Part shown: one piece after another, positions 38,314-53,610 of the stretch
How positions within the stretch are numbered: position 1 is the stretch's first letter
Layout of the letters: each line of letters starts with the position of its first letter
NCBI GenBank assembly: GCA_051294375.1
Contig: CM119266.1
Location: forward strand, 5,543,149-5,607,148
Length of the DNA: 64,000 nt
DNA from: Paraspadella gotoi
Lineage: Eukaryota > Animalia > Chaetognatha
Direction: 5' to 3'
Made by a program: the position numbers and the translations under genes
The notes under the pieces: model-generated
What the model was told of the DNA's origin: nothing
The model's input: the letters and a program-made list of their open reading frames with translations, nothing else
Database searches by the model: none

Positions 38314-40371
38314 TATGTCGCTCCGCGCCTTAAAAAAAAATCCCGAAAGAATGAAGAGCGGTTTCTGATAATTTTGGTTCCTAGCAATTTTTTTGCACCA
38401 AGTAGCGCCAGTAAAATATTACAAAACAATGGATGATTTTGAAACTGCAGTAATTTGCGGCTATCCAACGCCCGCCGGAACAAAAAAATTCATAAAGGTC
38501 TTGACTAAAAATACTGAAAATAAACAAGGCGCTTAGTCTGAATTCTTTTAAATTTTTTTTTATCTGCGGTATTTACTGTATAAGTCAATAAATATACAGC
38601 GGTTATGCCACTGGAATTCCGATTTCTGTTTTGGTTTAGCCTATCTTTCAAGCACATACACGAAAAAAATAAATTGACGTCATAGTAAGAAATATAGCAA
38701 TTCATCCCAAATTTTTTTTCAAATTTGTTGTCATTTTTTGTTTCTTGCTGTTTTTTGCCAAACAAGTGCCCTTTAAAATATATAAAATAAAGATTAACTA
38801 ATGAAACTACAATGTTCTTAGGTAAACATTCGTTGCCGGAACAAGGAAAAATTCATGATATCATATAATCAATATGTGAAGCCTGGAAATAACTCAATTT
38901 CTTTGCCAATTTAACCCGTTTATTGATAAAAGCCTTGTATTATAATAAAAAAAAAAACAAACAATTTTACCAATACACTACATCATAGCGTGTTATAAAA
39001 AAGATTGTTAGTGCTTTTTTTAATAAAAGAATTTTAAATATTATATAGCTAATGGCATTATGCAAAGTTTTAATTTTGCACCTGAAGATGACAAAAATTT
39101 AAAAATCTGATTAATACACAGTCCTTTTAGCCCTATGGTCAGTAGTTTTTAAAAATCAGCCGGAACAAAGTTTCAACTCTAAATTTTCATATTTAATCAT
39201 ATGTTTTTTTAAGGTTCGCTCCAATGAATTTTTTAAATTTTTTTTTTTTTCAACCAAAATGATAATTCATTACTTAGGTAATTATATATTTGAAGTATAG
39301 AAAAAAATTTTTATATCAGAAACATAATTCAATCTTTTTTCTCTTTCTAGATCTATATTTATTTTTTTAAATCAGCCAAGTGTGTTTAAATTTAAATTTT
39401 CAAAGTTGGTTTATACTTTTTTTGACTAAGATTCCGATCCAGATTTAAAAAAAATCCTTTTGTAACATTTGAGAAAAATTATATGGAAAAGATGCCCCAT
39501 AATTATCGGCTTTAATAATGATACCAGTCTCATTGTTCTATATTTTGGTTCAAAAGATATCAAGAAAATCAAATTTTTTAAATATCAATTAAGTCACTCG
39601 GACGAAGCAAAAAATTTAAAGTGGAACCAAAGAATTTTTAACGAACGCAGGATTTGTTTTTAAAAAATTGGGTGTCTGTGGAAAATGACCATTTTTTGGG
39701 TAGATTAATTTTTTCAACGGTGGGTCGATTGATTTGAAATTTACTCAACAAATATTGGACACCATTTCCTATCAGTAAAATGTAAAATAGTTTAAAAATA
39801 ACCATTATAAACGACTAGGTAAACTTGCGCCTATCTAAGAGAGAGAGAAGAGAGAAGAGAAGGAAAGGAATAAAAGGAAAACTGAATAAATATAAATATT
39901 CAAATTTCCAGATCTTAAAAATCTTATGTAAGACATAAATACTTCTTTGCAATTTTTATATTTTTTAAAAAAATTTTTTTCGTTGCGTTTTAGTTAAAGA
40001 GAAACAGAGTGGTTCGGACGACAATAAAAAACCGTTGGTTTTGTGAAAATAAATAAAATTTGTTTTCCCTTAAACATATTTTTTAAATATTTATTTGTAA
40101 TTTAAATATTCCTCCAGATAACAGCTGAAGGAAAAAAAAGAAATTTAAAAAAAATTTTAAAAAAATACATTTATTATTCCTTAGAATTTTTAGTTTTTGT
40201 TTCGTAAGGAAGTTTTAATTGAACCAGATCCATTTTTTTCTTTTTTCTTTCTTTTTCTTTTCAAACTCGAAAAAGCGTCGATCTCTTCTGTCAATCCTTC
40301 CGCCCATAAAATGAACCATGAGTCTAGAACGGTGCTGCCTCTCGCGGGATAAAATCTTTCCTTCTTTCTCC

Positions 40372-40405
<34 letters not shown>

Positions 40406-40931
40406 TCTCTCTCTGCTCTCTTCATGCTCTCTTCTCTCTCTCTCTCCTCTCTCTCTTCTCTCTCTCTCTCTCTGATATAGAGACACTGTGTAATTCAAAG
40501 AGATAAAATTCATAGAAACAATATTATTAAAACTTTTAAAAATAATTTTTTTTGAAAACTCCATGAAAATTTCCCCAAAGCAAATCCATCGGGTTTTTCA
40601 TTATATTTAAGTTAAACGTACGTTTATATAACAACTTTTATTATTTAACATTTTTCACGGGATTTGTAATTTTTTCTTTTCCACCGAAAATACTAAAGAT
40701 AGTAACAAATTAATAATTCTAAAAATCCGAAAATTAAACAACAAACAAGGACAAAGACGACATCGACAAACGACCAAAGACGAAGGAGACGACGACAAAA
40801 GACCGCAACAAACCAAAGACAAGAAAGACGACAAAAGACGACAACAACAACGACAACGAGCAAAGCACAAAAAAGAACATCGGTGAATCTTCCTGCCGCA
40901 AAAGACGAAACCATGAACGGACGCTATTTAC

Positions 40932-41020
<89 letters not shown>

Positions 41021-41392
41021 GAGGGAAGAAGAGGAGAGACGCGTCGTGGTCAGAGAGCCACTAATCAAAATTATCTTGAAATCTCGGTTAGTTTTAAGCA
41101 CAAGTGAGAAACGGAAAAAGATGGGCTGCGACCGGCGACGAACGACGACGACGACGACGACTCAGAACTACGTTGGTGGCGCTGGTATCGCGGCGGAAAT
41201 CGGACGAATCACGGACGCGTGAAATTAGCGACTTTGGGGTGACGGTCGTCGACGGCGGATGACGTTTGGACCCCCAGCGTCGCGGACGAGAGACGAGGGC
41301 GCGTGGTTACGATCCAGAGGTGACGGTTTTGACGGCGGACGGCGGACGTTGACGTCCTGACGACCGAGGGGCCATCTAGCGTCGGGGGAGAC
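38234..41392 (-). repeat. Inverted copy of about 33260-36420
   Basis: Mirror ORFs with a constant coordinate sum of 74654. Confidence 0.95.
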
Positions 41393-41417
41393 NNNNNNNN
41401 NNNNNNNNNNNNNNNNN

Positions 41418-41420
41418 GAG

Positions 41421-41457
<37 letters not shown>

Positions 41458-42881
41458 TCTCAGGAGATTTCGTTAAATTGAATTATCATTATCTTCCAAG
41501 TGTTGTAACTATAAGAATTCTGAGGGTTAGATATTTCATTTTAAATCATTCCTTACATTTTCTTCTTCTCTACTCTTGTCCCTCTCCTTGTAAACTTAAC
41601 TTTCCTACCTTCTCTCTGTACTCTTTTCCTCTTTCTCCTTTCTTCTTTCCTTTTCTCCCTCTCTTTCTTTTTTTTTGACTTTCCTCCCTTTCTCTCTTTT
41701 ACTCTCCTGCTCCCCTCCCTTTCTCCTGCCCTTTCCTTCTTTACTGCCTTTTTTTCCCTCCTTTTTATTTTCCCCCTTTCCTTTTCGCTTCCGTCCCTCC
41801 CTTTCCTCTTTCCTCCCTTCCTCCGCGTCCCATCCTTTCCTATCCCGCCATCTTTAATTCTCCTCTTCTCTTCATATTTCCTTTCCATGAATTTTGGCAA
41901 AAGAGCTTCATGTTCATCTCACGTTTTTTTTTGGACCACTATTTTAACACGAAACGTCCCTTTTTCATGTTTCTATAACCGTGGAACTTAGATTTTAAAC
42001 CTTAAATTATCATTAATTGCTGAAATCAAATCTAAAAAAATTTTAAAACTTAAAAAAATTGAATTTAATCGTAATTAAAATGAAATTACGCTTTTAGGAA
42101 AATATGCCCCATCCAAAAAAAAGAAAATTGCAGTGGACCTCCAATATTGCGAGAAGGCAATAGGAAAATTCATTTTCCCAGAGAGATACGAGTTGCGTTT
42201 GTTTGTTATACTAGAAGTTTTAAAATTTAAGTTAAGCCCTCAAGTAAACAGAAAAAAGTTTTTTTAAAGCATAGACAGAGAAGTAGAAGTAAGAAGTAAT
42301 GTACAGAGAATACAAAAGGGTTAATACTGAACAGAGTTTGTCCGTAAGATATTGTTTTTATTCCAGTCAGTTTTAATTTCCAAGCAATCTGCTAAATTAA
42401 CTTAAAATATTCTCAAAATTAACAAGTCGATAACAGTAACTGCGCGTAATTTAATGTTTATAATATCATCCAACGTTATTTCTTCTAAGAAAGTCTTCAA
42501 CTCGCAATATTATAATCCCCCACGCCCCAAGTTATTAGAATTTTCCCTTATATTAATATTCCCTCCGAAATAATTAATAACCCACTTTTTCCTCTTCCTC
42601 TCTTCTCCCTCCTCCTCTTCATAGACATTCGGTCCAATTCTCACTCAACAAAGCGAATTTCCTGTTTCGCTTTTTTCTGTGTCAGAAAGCGAACATGGGT
42701 AAATGAGATGTAAATGGCAACCGGAAATGGCAATGATGTCAATAAATGATTCAGGGTTTCAAATTCGGTTGTAATATTCAAAGACTAGGATTAATTTGGT
42801 ATATCATAACTTCTAATACACATTTGGTGGCAATTATTGAAGACACAAAAGCAACAATAAATGATCGGTTGTAGGTAGAGA

Positions 42882-42928
<47 letters not shown>

Positions 42929-45549
42929 TATGTCGCTCCGCGCCTTAAAAAAAAATCCCGAAAGAATGAAGAGCGGTTTCTGATAATTTTGGTTCCTAGC
43001 AATTTTTTTGCACCAAGTAGCGCCAGTAAAATATTACAAAACAATGGATGATTTTGAAACTGCAGTAATTTGCGGCTATCCAACGCCCGCCGGAACAAAA
43101 AAATTCATAAAGGTCTTGACTAAAAATACTGAAAATAAACAAGGCGCTTAGTCTGAATTCTTTTAAATTTTTTTTTATCTGCGGTATTTACTGTATAAGT
43201 CAATAAATATACAGCGGTTATGCCACTGGAATTCCGATTTCTGTTTTGGTTTAGCCTATCTTTCAAGCACATACACGAAAAAAATAAATTGACGTCATAG
43301 TAAGAAATATAGCAATTCATCCCAAATTTTTTTTCAAATTTGTTGTCATTTTTTGTTTCTTGCTGTTTTTTGCCAAACAAGTGCCCTTTAAAATATATAA
43401 AATAAAGATTAACTAATGAAACTACAATGTTCTTAGGTAAACATTCGTTGCCGGAACAAGGAAAAATTCATGATATCATATAATCAATATGTGAAGCCTG
43501 GAAATAACTCAATTTCTTTGCCAATTTAACCCGTTTATTGATAAAAGCCTTGTATTATAATAAAAAAAAAAACAAACAATTTTACCAATACACTACATCA
43601 TAGCGTGTTATAAAAAAGATTGTTAGTGCTTTTTTTAATAAAAGAATTTTAAATATTATATAGCTAATGGCATTATGCAAAGTTTTAATTTTGCACCTGA
43701 AGATGACAAAAATTTAAAAATCTGATTAATACACAGTCCTTTTAGCCCTATGGTCAGTAGTTTTTAAAAATCAGCCGGAACAAAGTTTCAACTCTAAATT
43801 TTCATATTTAATCATATGTTTTTTTAAGGTTCGCTCCAATGAATTTTTTAAATTTTTTTTTTTTTCAACCAAAATGATAATTCATTACTTAGGTAATTAT
43901 ATATTTGAAGTATAGAAAAAAATTTTTATATCAGAAACATAATTCAATCTTTTTTCTCTTTCTAGATCTATATTTATTTTTTTAAATCAGCCAAGTGTGT
44001 TTAAATTTAAATTTTCAAAGTTGGTTTATACTTTTTTTGACTAAGATTCCGATCCAGATTTAAAAAAAATCCTTTTGTAACATTTGAGAAAAATTATATG
44101 GAAAAGATGCCCCATAATTATCGGCTTTAATAATGATACCAGTCTCATTGTTCTATATTTTGGTTCAAAAGATATCAAGAAAATCAAATTTTTTAAATAT
44201 CAATTAAGTCACTCGGACGAAGCAAAAAATTTAAAGTGGAACCAAAGAATTTTTAACGAACGCAGGATTTGTTTTTAAAAAATTGGGTGTCTGTGGAAAA
44301 TGACCATTTTTTGGGTAGATTAATTTTTTCAACGGTGGGTCGATTGATTTGAAATTTACTCAACAAATATTGGACACCATTTCCTATCAGTAAAATGTAA
44401 AATAGTTTAAAAATAACCATTATAAACGACTAGGTAAACTTGCGCCTATCTAAGAGAGAGAGAAGAGAGAAGAGAAGGAAAGGAATAAAAGGAAAACTGA
44501 ATAAATATAAATATTCAAATTTCCAGATCTTAAAAATCTTATGTAAGACATAAATACTTCTTTGCAATTTTTATATTTTTTAAAAAAATTTTTTTCGTTG
44601 CGTTTTAGTTAAAGAGAAACAGAGTGGTTCGGACGACAATAAAAAACCGTTGGTTTTGTGAAAATAAATAAAATTTGTTTTCCCTTAAACATATTTTTTA
44701 AATATTTATTTGTAATTTAAATATTCCTCCAGATAACAGCTGAAGGAAAAAAAAGAAATTTAAAAAAAATTTTAAAAAAATACATTTATTATTCCTTAGA
44801 ATTTTTAGTTTTTGTTTCGTAAGGAAGTTTTAATTGAACCAGATCCATTTTTTTCTTTTTTCTTTCTTTTTCTTTTCAAACTCGAAAAAGCGTCGATCTC
44901 TTCTGTCAATCCTTCCGCCCATAAAATGAACCATGAGTCTAGAACGGTGCTGCCTCTCGCGGGATAAAATCTTTCCTTCTTTCTCCTCATCCTCTCTTCC
45001 TCTCTCTCCCTCATCTCTCTCTCTGCTCTCCTTCACTGCTCTCTCTTCTCCTCTCTCTCTCCCTCTCTCTCTCCTCTCTCTCTCTCTCTCTGATATAGAG
45101 ACACTGTGTAATTCAAAGAGATAAAATTCATAGAAACAATATTATTAAAACTTTTAAAAATAATTTTTTTTGAAAACTCCATGAAAATTTCCCCAAAGCA
45201 AATCCATCGGGTTTTTCATTATATTTAAGTTAAACGTACGTTTATATAACAACTTTTATTATTTAACATTTTTCACGGGATTTGTAATTTTTTCTTTTCC
45301 ACCGAAAATACTAAAGATAGTAACAAATTAATAATTCTAAAAATCCGAAAATTAAACAACAAACAAGGACAAAGACGACATCGACAAACGACCAAAGACG
45401 AAGGAGACGACGACAAAAGACCGCAACAAACCAAAGACAAGAAAGACGACAAAAGACGACAACAACAACGACAACGAGCAAAGCACAAAAAAGAACATCG
45501 GTGAATCTTCCTGCCGCAAAAGACGAAACCATGAACGGACGCTATTTAC

Positions 45550-45638
<89 letters not shown>

Positions 45639-46012
45639 GAGGGAAGAAGAGGAGAGACGCGTCGTGGTCAGAGAGCCACTAATCAAAATTATCTTGAAAT
45701 CTCGGTTAGTTTTAAGCACAAGTGAGAAACGGAAAAAGATGGGCTGCGACCGGCGACGAACGACGACGACGACTCAGAACTACGTTGTGGGCGCTTGGTA
45801 TTTCGCGGCGGAAATCGGACGAATCACGGACGCGTGAAATTAGCGACTTTTGGGGGTGACGGTCGTCCGACGGCGGGTGACGTTTGGACCCCCAGCGTCG
45901 CGGACGAGGACGAGGGCGCGTGGTTTACGATCCAGAGGTGGACGGTTTTGACGGCGGACGGCCGGACGTTGACGTCCTGACGACCGAAGGGGCCATCTAG
46001 CGTCGGGGGAGA
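41418..46012 (+). repeat. Near-identical tandem copy of 36803-41392
   Basis: ORFs recur at offset 4615-4618. Both copies start right after a 25-N gap. Confidence 0.95.
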
Positions 46013-46473
46013 CGAATCAAGCACGGAGAAGACGAATCAAGCACGAAGGAGGGAGAAGCAAGCACGAAGGAGGGGGAAGCAAGCATTGCGAGTGTAACTT
46101 AGCTCAATATCGAAGTTATTCTCGGATAGCTATGTCTAAGTAAGCAAGTCAAAATAATGGGAATAATGTAAAAATGTAGCGATGGCATCGCAGTAGATTG
46201 CTGTCTCGATCTTCAAGGAGATAAATCGGACCAAAAACGAAATATTATTGAGTTTTTAAGCTGCGTTTTAGGAAGCAATATTTTAAATATGATATCGCTT
46301 AAGATAGGTGTTCTTACAGATTTATTATTAAGTAGATTTAAAGTAATAATAGACATCAAACAAATGTGAGATTACTTCAGTACCCGTTTTACGAAATCCT
46401 TATAATTCGGTTCGCAGAACTTTTATCCCTTTTAAAAATTGGACTGTTGTTGTTGCTATCATCATCGTTGTCA

Positions 46474-46505
<32 letters not shown>

Positions 46506-47199
46506 ATCGTCGTAAAGTCACCAAAGCGTTTGATTTGTTCCGCCCGTAAATTGGACCACCCTCCATGGGGGGCGACCCCGTTGACCACCTTTCAATCGAT
46601 GACCACTTAGAGTCGTGACCACTTTTGAGCTTCGGCCGAATCGTTAAGGGTCGAGACTTCTCTTTCCTTTTCTCCTCGGGGTCACCAGGGGCGCTTCGGT
46701 TTTGGGTGAGATGAATTCACAGCCGATTCGTATAGATATCGTATTTAATTATAATAATTGGCTAATTTAAGTTTTTATTGAAAAAGGATACTAATTTTTA
46801 TCAGTCATTGAAATCAGGTTATTGACTCCCACAATTTCAGACCATTGCTTTTATAAATGAAACGGGAGTATTAATATTATCAAAACGAAACTATAATGAT
46901 ATATTAATAGTTAACGAAGACCGAGATGACCATCTCGCCATAACAACCTCGTTCAGGTCAGTCAGTCCGTCGTTTCCCTCCCGTCCAATCATCTCCCTTC
47001 CCTTTCACCCTGTGTGGTCCTTTTCCCTTCTCCTCCTCCTCCTATTCTTCCTCCTCCTCCTCTTCCTCTTCCTCCTCCTCCTCCTCCTCCCCCTCCTCCT
47101 CAACCATCCGGTCAAATTCTCCGCCAAATAATTTCCGATTTCTATCGATTTGATTTCGACTTGGGTGAATAATCCCACCCACGTCCCTCTCTCTGTCTC

Positions 47200-47245
<46 letters not shown>

Positions 47246-48066
47246 ACAATTTTTGTAATTAAAGTTATTAATTATTATTAATTACAAGCAAAACATTTAA
47301 TCTGTTTTTTCCAGATAGCTCCTTAAGATAGCTATGAGATGGCATTCTTTAAAAATTCAAAGACGCACCTTGTCAGTTGCCATCTCTCTCTTCAGAAAGG
47401 CATTCCACCTCCACTTGCACGCACCTCACTCCACTTCCTCCTCACTCCTCCACCTGCACCACCTCCACTCCACCACCTCCACCTGCACATCTCCTCCACC
47501 TCCACCTCCACCTGCCCTCCACCTCCACCTCCTCACCTCCATCCTCCTCCACCTCCTCACCTCCACCATCCACTCCACCTCCCCACTTCACACTCCACCT
47601 CCACCTCCACCTCCACCTTCCCCTCCACTCCACTCCTCCACCCACCTCACCCTCCTCCTCCACCTCACCTCCACCTCCACCCCACTCAACCTCCACCTCC
47701 ACTCCCACCCACCCCCAAAGTTTCCCCCTTTTCTCTGATCCACCTCAGCGTCCCTCCATTTTCAATATTGCGCTCCTCTTTTTTCAACCGACTGACTGAC
47801 TGACCTTTTTGCAAAACCATCGACTCTTTTAGCGCTCATCGCGTTCCTTTTAGCGGCTGCCCAACCCCTTCCCCTCTCCCCCTTCTCTCTCCCATAGCCC
47901 GCCTGCGATCCATCCAACCACCCTTCCCCCTGCCCTCCCCCTGCCCACCCCCCTCTTTTTTCCTAATCCAAAATCCCGTTCGCCTTTCGAGGTTTTGTTT
48001 TGATTCCATCATCGTTGTTACGTTTCCGGATATCCCGTCTCTCTCTCTCACCTCTCTCTTCTGCCT

Positions 48067-48114
<48 letters not shown>

Positions 48115-49821
48115 TCTAATATTTTGGTCAGTTGAAAAAAAGGCTGACTATATATTTCATTATATTTGAACACTATTTTAAAACCATTAACGTTTCAAAT
48201 GATATTCATTTGAATAAGGACTAAGGAGTATTTTTTAAACTCGAGATGCTGAATAACTAATTAATATAAAGAATCATAACTTAAGATAACATTACACAAC
48301 ATAACATAACATAATCTTAACATATTATAACATATCTCAACATATACGTATTACACAGATGTACATAAAAAGAATTCATGACGCGATTTATCTATTTTGA
48401 GGTCAAGATAAGATGAAAATATTGTTACTATCTAAATACTTATATCCTCTCTCGCACTCCCTCTCTTCTCTCTCTCTCTCTCTCCTCTCCCTATCCCGTT
48501 CTCTCTCGTCCTATCTCTCACTCTCTCTCCCCTCTCTCGTCTACGTTCACATAAGATTCACATAAGATTCAGCAAAGCCGAAGGAAAAAGAACCATAAAG
48601 TCGGACCGAAGTTCCACCTGTTTTCGACCCTGGCGATGGTTGATATGACCATTTCCTCTCTCTCTCCTCTCTCTCTCTCTTCTCTCTCTCCTCTCTCTCT
48701 CTCTTCATCTCTCTCTCTCTGCTCTACTCTCCTCTCCTCCATCATTCTCTTCTCTCTTACTACTCACTAAACTATTGTAGAACAAAGCATTTCGAAAAAT
48801 TCTCAGCAGTAACCGGGATTCTTGACAAAAACAAGCGATGTCCAACAATCTGCATCCTGGCATACACAATTTCCTGTTCTCGAACAAATCAAAGGAATCG
48901 GATTCTGGCAAGAAGACGGCACAGTCATAACGGAGAATGAAGTAGGCTGCGAAGCACCTGTCAAGTCCTGTTCTAAAAAAATATCTGACATCGAGGTATT
49001 CGCTCGTTGAATACAACAGAACGAGAGAGAAGAGATGAGACGAGAGAGAGAGGAGAGAGAGAGGAGAGAGATGACCAAGAGAGAGGAGAGATAGAGAGAG
49101 AGAGATGGCAAAAGCTAGTGGGAGAAGATTGACTTCTCTCTTAAGATATCAATTTTCATTGCGAGAACAAGATGGAAAAGCATGAAATATTTTCTGATGC
49201 CTTCGCAAAGTAAATCCACCCTCTCATACGCGGAGCGAGGGGAGAGGAAGAGGAAGAGAAGAGGAGGAGGAGGGGGAGAGGAGGAGGATGAAAAAATTAA
49301 GGATAGAGGGAAGGAAACAAAGATTGAGAATATCTTTTTATATAATTATAAACATTCTTTGAAACATGAAATATATCACTTACAAAATCTCACTGTTGCC
49401 TTTAATAACACTCGGACTTGAATTAATTCTTGATTGAGAGCTTGCACGGAGTCGCTATGTTTTGATCTTGTAAGAGTGATGGAGGGCCTAAAAAACTTCC
49501 AAAGCCTGTTCAAAAGTCAGGGGCAAATAGCTTATTTATCAAATGAATTGGATTAATGTTTATATTGATTGTAGCATTCTTTATAGGTTTGAGAGGACTA
49601 AATTTATTGATTGCGTTTTTTTGGTATAAGTCACTGAACAGAAAGTTTAAAAAACCAAATGCGTAAATAAAATAAAACAAATACTTGGAAACGAAAAAGT
49701 TTTTTTTTTTACTTTTACTTTTACTTACAGCAGATTCCGGCTCTGATAATTAACTTTATCGCGTCCGGTCGTCCGCCCATACCCAATCTTGTTCCGTAAA
49801 GTCACTTATTATATCGAATAT

Positions 49822-50081
49822 TATGGCCAACAGCCTTGGTTGCCTGTGATGCCATTGAGATGGGCATCTCACTTGTTGGCTTTGGGGGCTTCCGATCCTC
49901 AGTGACGCCTTCAGTCACTGGCGCGGTTACCCTAGGACGGTCTCGCTTTTGACAACGCATGAAGGAAATTCGGAGGACTGTGGATGGAACACTACGCCTG
50001 GGTTGATGTGTTCCCCTCTGACGCCAAATGGACTTGGCTGAATGATGGTGGACGTGAGGCGGTTGAAATATACCGCCCACA
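49822..50081. mobile_element. Inverted duplicate of the 260-bp insertion
   Basis: Reverse complement of 29301-29560; identical ORF translations. Confidence 0.65.
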
Positions 50082-50330
50082 AATATCGATTATGAGAATT
50101 CTTGCAAAAAAAATTGATGTCCGCTTCCGTCCTCCGTCCGTCGTTTTTAAGCATCAAACTTAGTTTTCCTGCCATCAAATTTGTTTTTGTGGAATATTAA
50201 ACTTGGCATGAGTCCAAATTTTATCATGTGTTGCGACGTTCGTTAGCTAATGCTTTTAAGATTTTATTTCTGTTATATAATATTATTATATATAAAACTT
50301 AGCATAAATTGAGTTCGACTTAACGTTTCT

Positions 50331-50616
50331 TCAAAACCAACATTCATTTATCGCATGATTGTGGTAGTCGTAGTATCGACGATATTTCCCGAACCGCTTC
50401 TCCGCGAACTCAGATTTGCGGAGGCGTTTGGTATTTGACGATAGGCCCGAACCGCTTACATCCGCGACCCCTGTCCATCGACTCAGAACTTTCCCACATT
50501 CCCTTTTTCTAGACTTGCAAAAGAGGAAGACAACGTTCTGACGTGATTCTCCACGATAGATCAGGGGAATCCTCATTTATCACATCGAATCCACTTCAAA
50601 ACTTCACCGTGGATTC
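50331..50616 (-). CDS. Identical inverted duplicate of the 28766-29051 exon copy
   Basis: ORF track gives identical translations (28806..29051 + = 50331..50576 -). Confidence 0.35.
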
Positions 50617-50955
50617 CTATAGTCGGCACTCTGGGCATTAAGTATAAACACCCCCGGCCCCTATAAGCATGACACCCCTCCCACGTCGTGGAGCCCCTTC
50701 CTGGGTCCGAGCTGATTCCAGGGCCCCTGGACTTGCTGAACGATTGCTCCCCTCCCTCCATCTGGGAAGTTTCACCCGCCTATAAATGCAGCGGGCGATA
50801 TCTCGATGTACTCGTGACCCAGGTGGGCTCCATTTTGAGTTACACAAAAGGCCACTCCAGCTCATTGGACACTACAGCTACGCGCGTCGCGTAGAAGTAC
50901 CAAACCTCTCGCCAAAGTAATGCAGAAAACNNNNNNNNNNNNNNNNNNNNNNNNN

Positions 50956-52878
50956 AATGAAAACGCGGAGTGATTAAATAATTATCCAACAGAAACGAAA
51001 CTACTAAATGAGTTATATTTTTAATAGTTACACGAAGACACGAGTATAACACATACCAAATGACCACATTTTATCTCTCATACGCCGCATAACAACTCGT
51101 TCAGGTTACACGTCAGTTCCGTCGTTATTCCCCTCTCCCATATACCGCCTTCCAATCATCTCCCATTCCCTTTCCTACCACCCTGGTTAGTGGTCCTTTG
51201 TCCCTTCCTCCTCCTCCCTCCTTATATTAACTATCCTCCTCCATCCTTCTGTCACCTCATTTATACCTTCCCTCCTCCTCCTCCTCCCCTCCTCCTCGGC
51301 AACCCATCCGGTTTCAAATTCTCCGCCAAATAATTTTCTCCGAAATTATCTAATCGATTGATTTCGACCTTGGCGTGAGACAATAATCCACACCCTAGCA
51401 CAGATGCCTCCAGCGACTAGCCTTCCTACTCACTGCCTATCCGACCCCACCCTCAGAAGACTACAACCTCAATCTGCTCCTGATACTATCATCACCTCCG
51501 TCGTCGCTCTCATTCTTCCTCTGCCTCCGATTCTCTCTCCTCCTGAACACCAAATTTTTTGCGTAATTAAAGTCTATTATACATTATTATTTAGGATATC
51601 ACTAAGCAACAAAGCCAGTTTAAATCTAGTTTTTATATCCAGATTATCAGTAGAGCTCCATCGATATATAAACGCATAGCTAATGAGCATGAAGCATTCT
51701 AATTTAAAAATCGCACTCTATAGTACAGTTTGTTTATTTTTGCCTTTTCTTAGCCTTTATTATTTTTAGTATTTTATATTATCTTTTATACATTATCTTG
51801 TTTCCCTGATGACTTTATTCCAAAATTACCCTATATTATCTCTCTTTCAGAAAGAAAAGGACATTTGATAAGAGCTGTTGATCCCACCTCCATTCCACTC
51901 TATAATTGATGCACAACCTGGCACCTACTGACTAAACCTCACCCACAAAACAAAAATGACCCCCCCCTCCCTCCTTCCCCAACGCCTTCCACCTTGCTCC
52001 ACCTTCCACCCTCACCTCAACCCGTTCCTTTCTTCCGTCCACCACCACCTTTCCTCCCCCCACACCAGTCCGAACGGCTGTAGCAACATCCTTCCTCCAA
52101 CCACCTGCACCTGCACTTGCACCTCCACCTTAAACCTCCACCTCCTCCTCCTCACCTCCACCTCCACCTCCTCCTCCTCCTCTCCACCGACCACCTCCTC
52201 CGTTCCACCACACCCACAACTCCACCTGCAACATCCCTCCCCACCACTCCCACCTCCAACCTGCACCTCCCACCCCACCGCTTCCCACCTGTCTACTCCA
52301 CAACCACCACCCCACTATCCTCCTCCATCTCCTCCTCCACCTGCCCACCTCTCCTCCACCTCCACCTCTCACGCTGCCACAACCTCCACTCCTCCACCTC
52401 ACCTCCACCTCAGCTCATCCCTCCACTTCCTCCTCCACCACCATCCTCCACCTGCATTTCCACCTTCCACCTCCTCCTCCACCTCCTCCTCACCCCACCT
52501 CCACCTCCACTCCCACCCACCCCAAGTTTCCCCTTTTCTCTGATCCACCTCAGCGTCCCTCCATTCATATTGCTCCTCTTTTTCAAACCGACTGACTGAA
52601 CTGACCTTTTTGCAAAACCATCGACTCTTTTAGCGCTCATCGCACGTTCCTTTTAGCGGCCTGCCCACACCCCTTCCCCTCTCCCCCTTCCTCTCTCCCC
52701 ATAGCCCGCCTCGATCCATCAACACCTTCCCCATGCCCTCCCCTGCCACCCCTCCCACCCCCCTCTTTTTTCCTAATCCAAAATCACCGCTTCGCCTTTT
52801 CGAGGTTTTGTTTTGATTCCATCATCGTTTGTTACGTTTCCGGATATACCCCGTCCCTCCTACTCTCCTCTCTTCCTC

Positions 52879-52966
<88 letters not shown>

Positions 52967-53610
52967 TAATATTTGTTCAGGAAGTGTTTCACTATTAGAA
53001 AAAAAAGGCTACATATATGTTCATTATATTTGAACATATTTTTAAAACCATTAACGTTTCAAATGATATTTCATATGAATAAGGACATAGAGATATATTT
53101 TTAAACTCGACGATGTTGAATAACTAATAATATAAATAAATCATAACTTAAAGATAACATAACAACATAACAATAACATAATCTTAACATATTATAACAT
53201 ATCTCAACATATACGTATTACAACAGATGTACAAGTAAAACGAGAATTATGACGCGCGATTTATCTTTTGAGTCAAATAAAATGAAAATAAATTGTACTT
53301 CTAATACTTATAATCCTCTCTCCCTCCCTCTCTTCTCTCTCTCCTCTCTATCCCATCCTCTCTCCTCTCTCTGTCCTCTCTCTCACTCTCTCTCCCTCCT
53401 CTCTCGTCTAGACGTTTCACATAGATTCATCATAAGAATTCAGCCAAAGCCGAGGAAAAAAGACACCATAAAAGTCGGACCGAAGTTCCACCTGTTTTCG
53501 ACCCATGGCGATGGTTGCTATGAATTCCTCTACTTACTCTTCACTCTCTCTCTCTCCTCTCTCTCTCCTTCATCTCATCTGCTCTCTCTCTACTCTCCTC
53601 TCCTCCATCA
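50956..53610 (+). repeat. Very noisy, insertion-rich direct copy of about 46855-48745
   Basis: Colinear but inflated by frequent random insertions; begins right after a 25-N gap. Confidence 0.85.

Larger units (their letters stand above)
42849..50930 (-). repeat. Inverted copy (about 8 kb) of 28451-36420
   Basis: Mirror ORF pairs, e.g. 28488..28694 - / 50688..50894 +, 33547..33771 - / 45501..45725 +, 35889..36149 + / 43120..43380 -. Confidence 0.95.
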
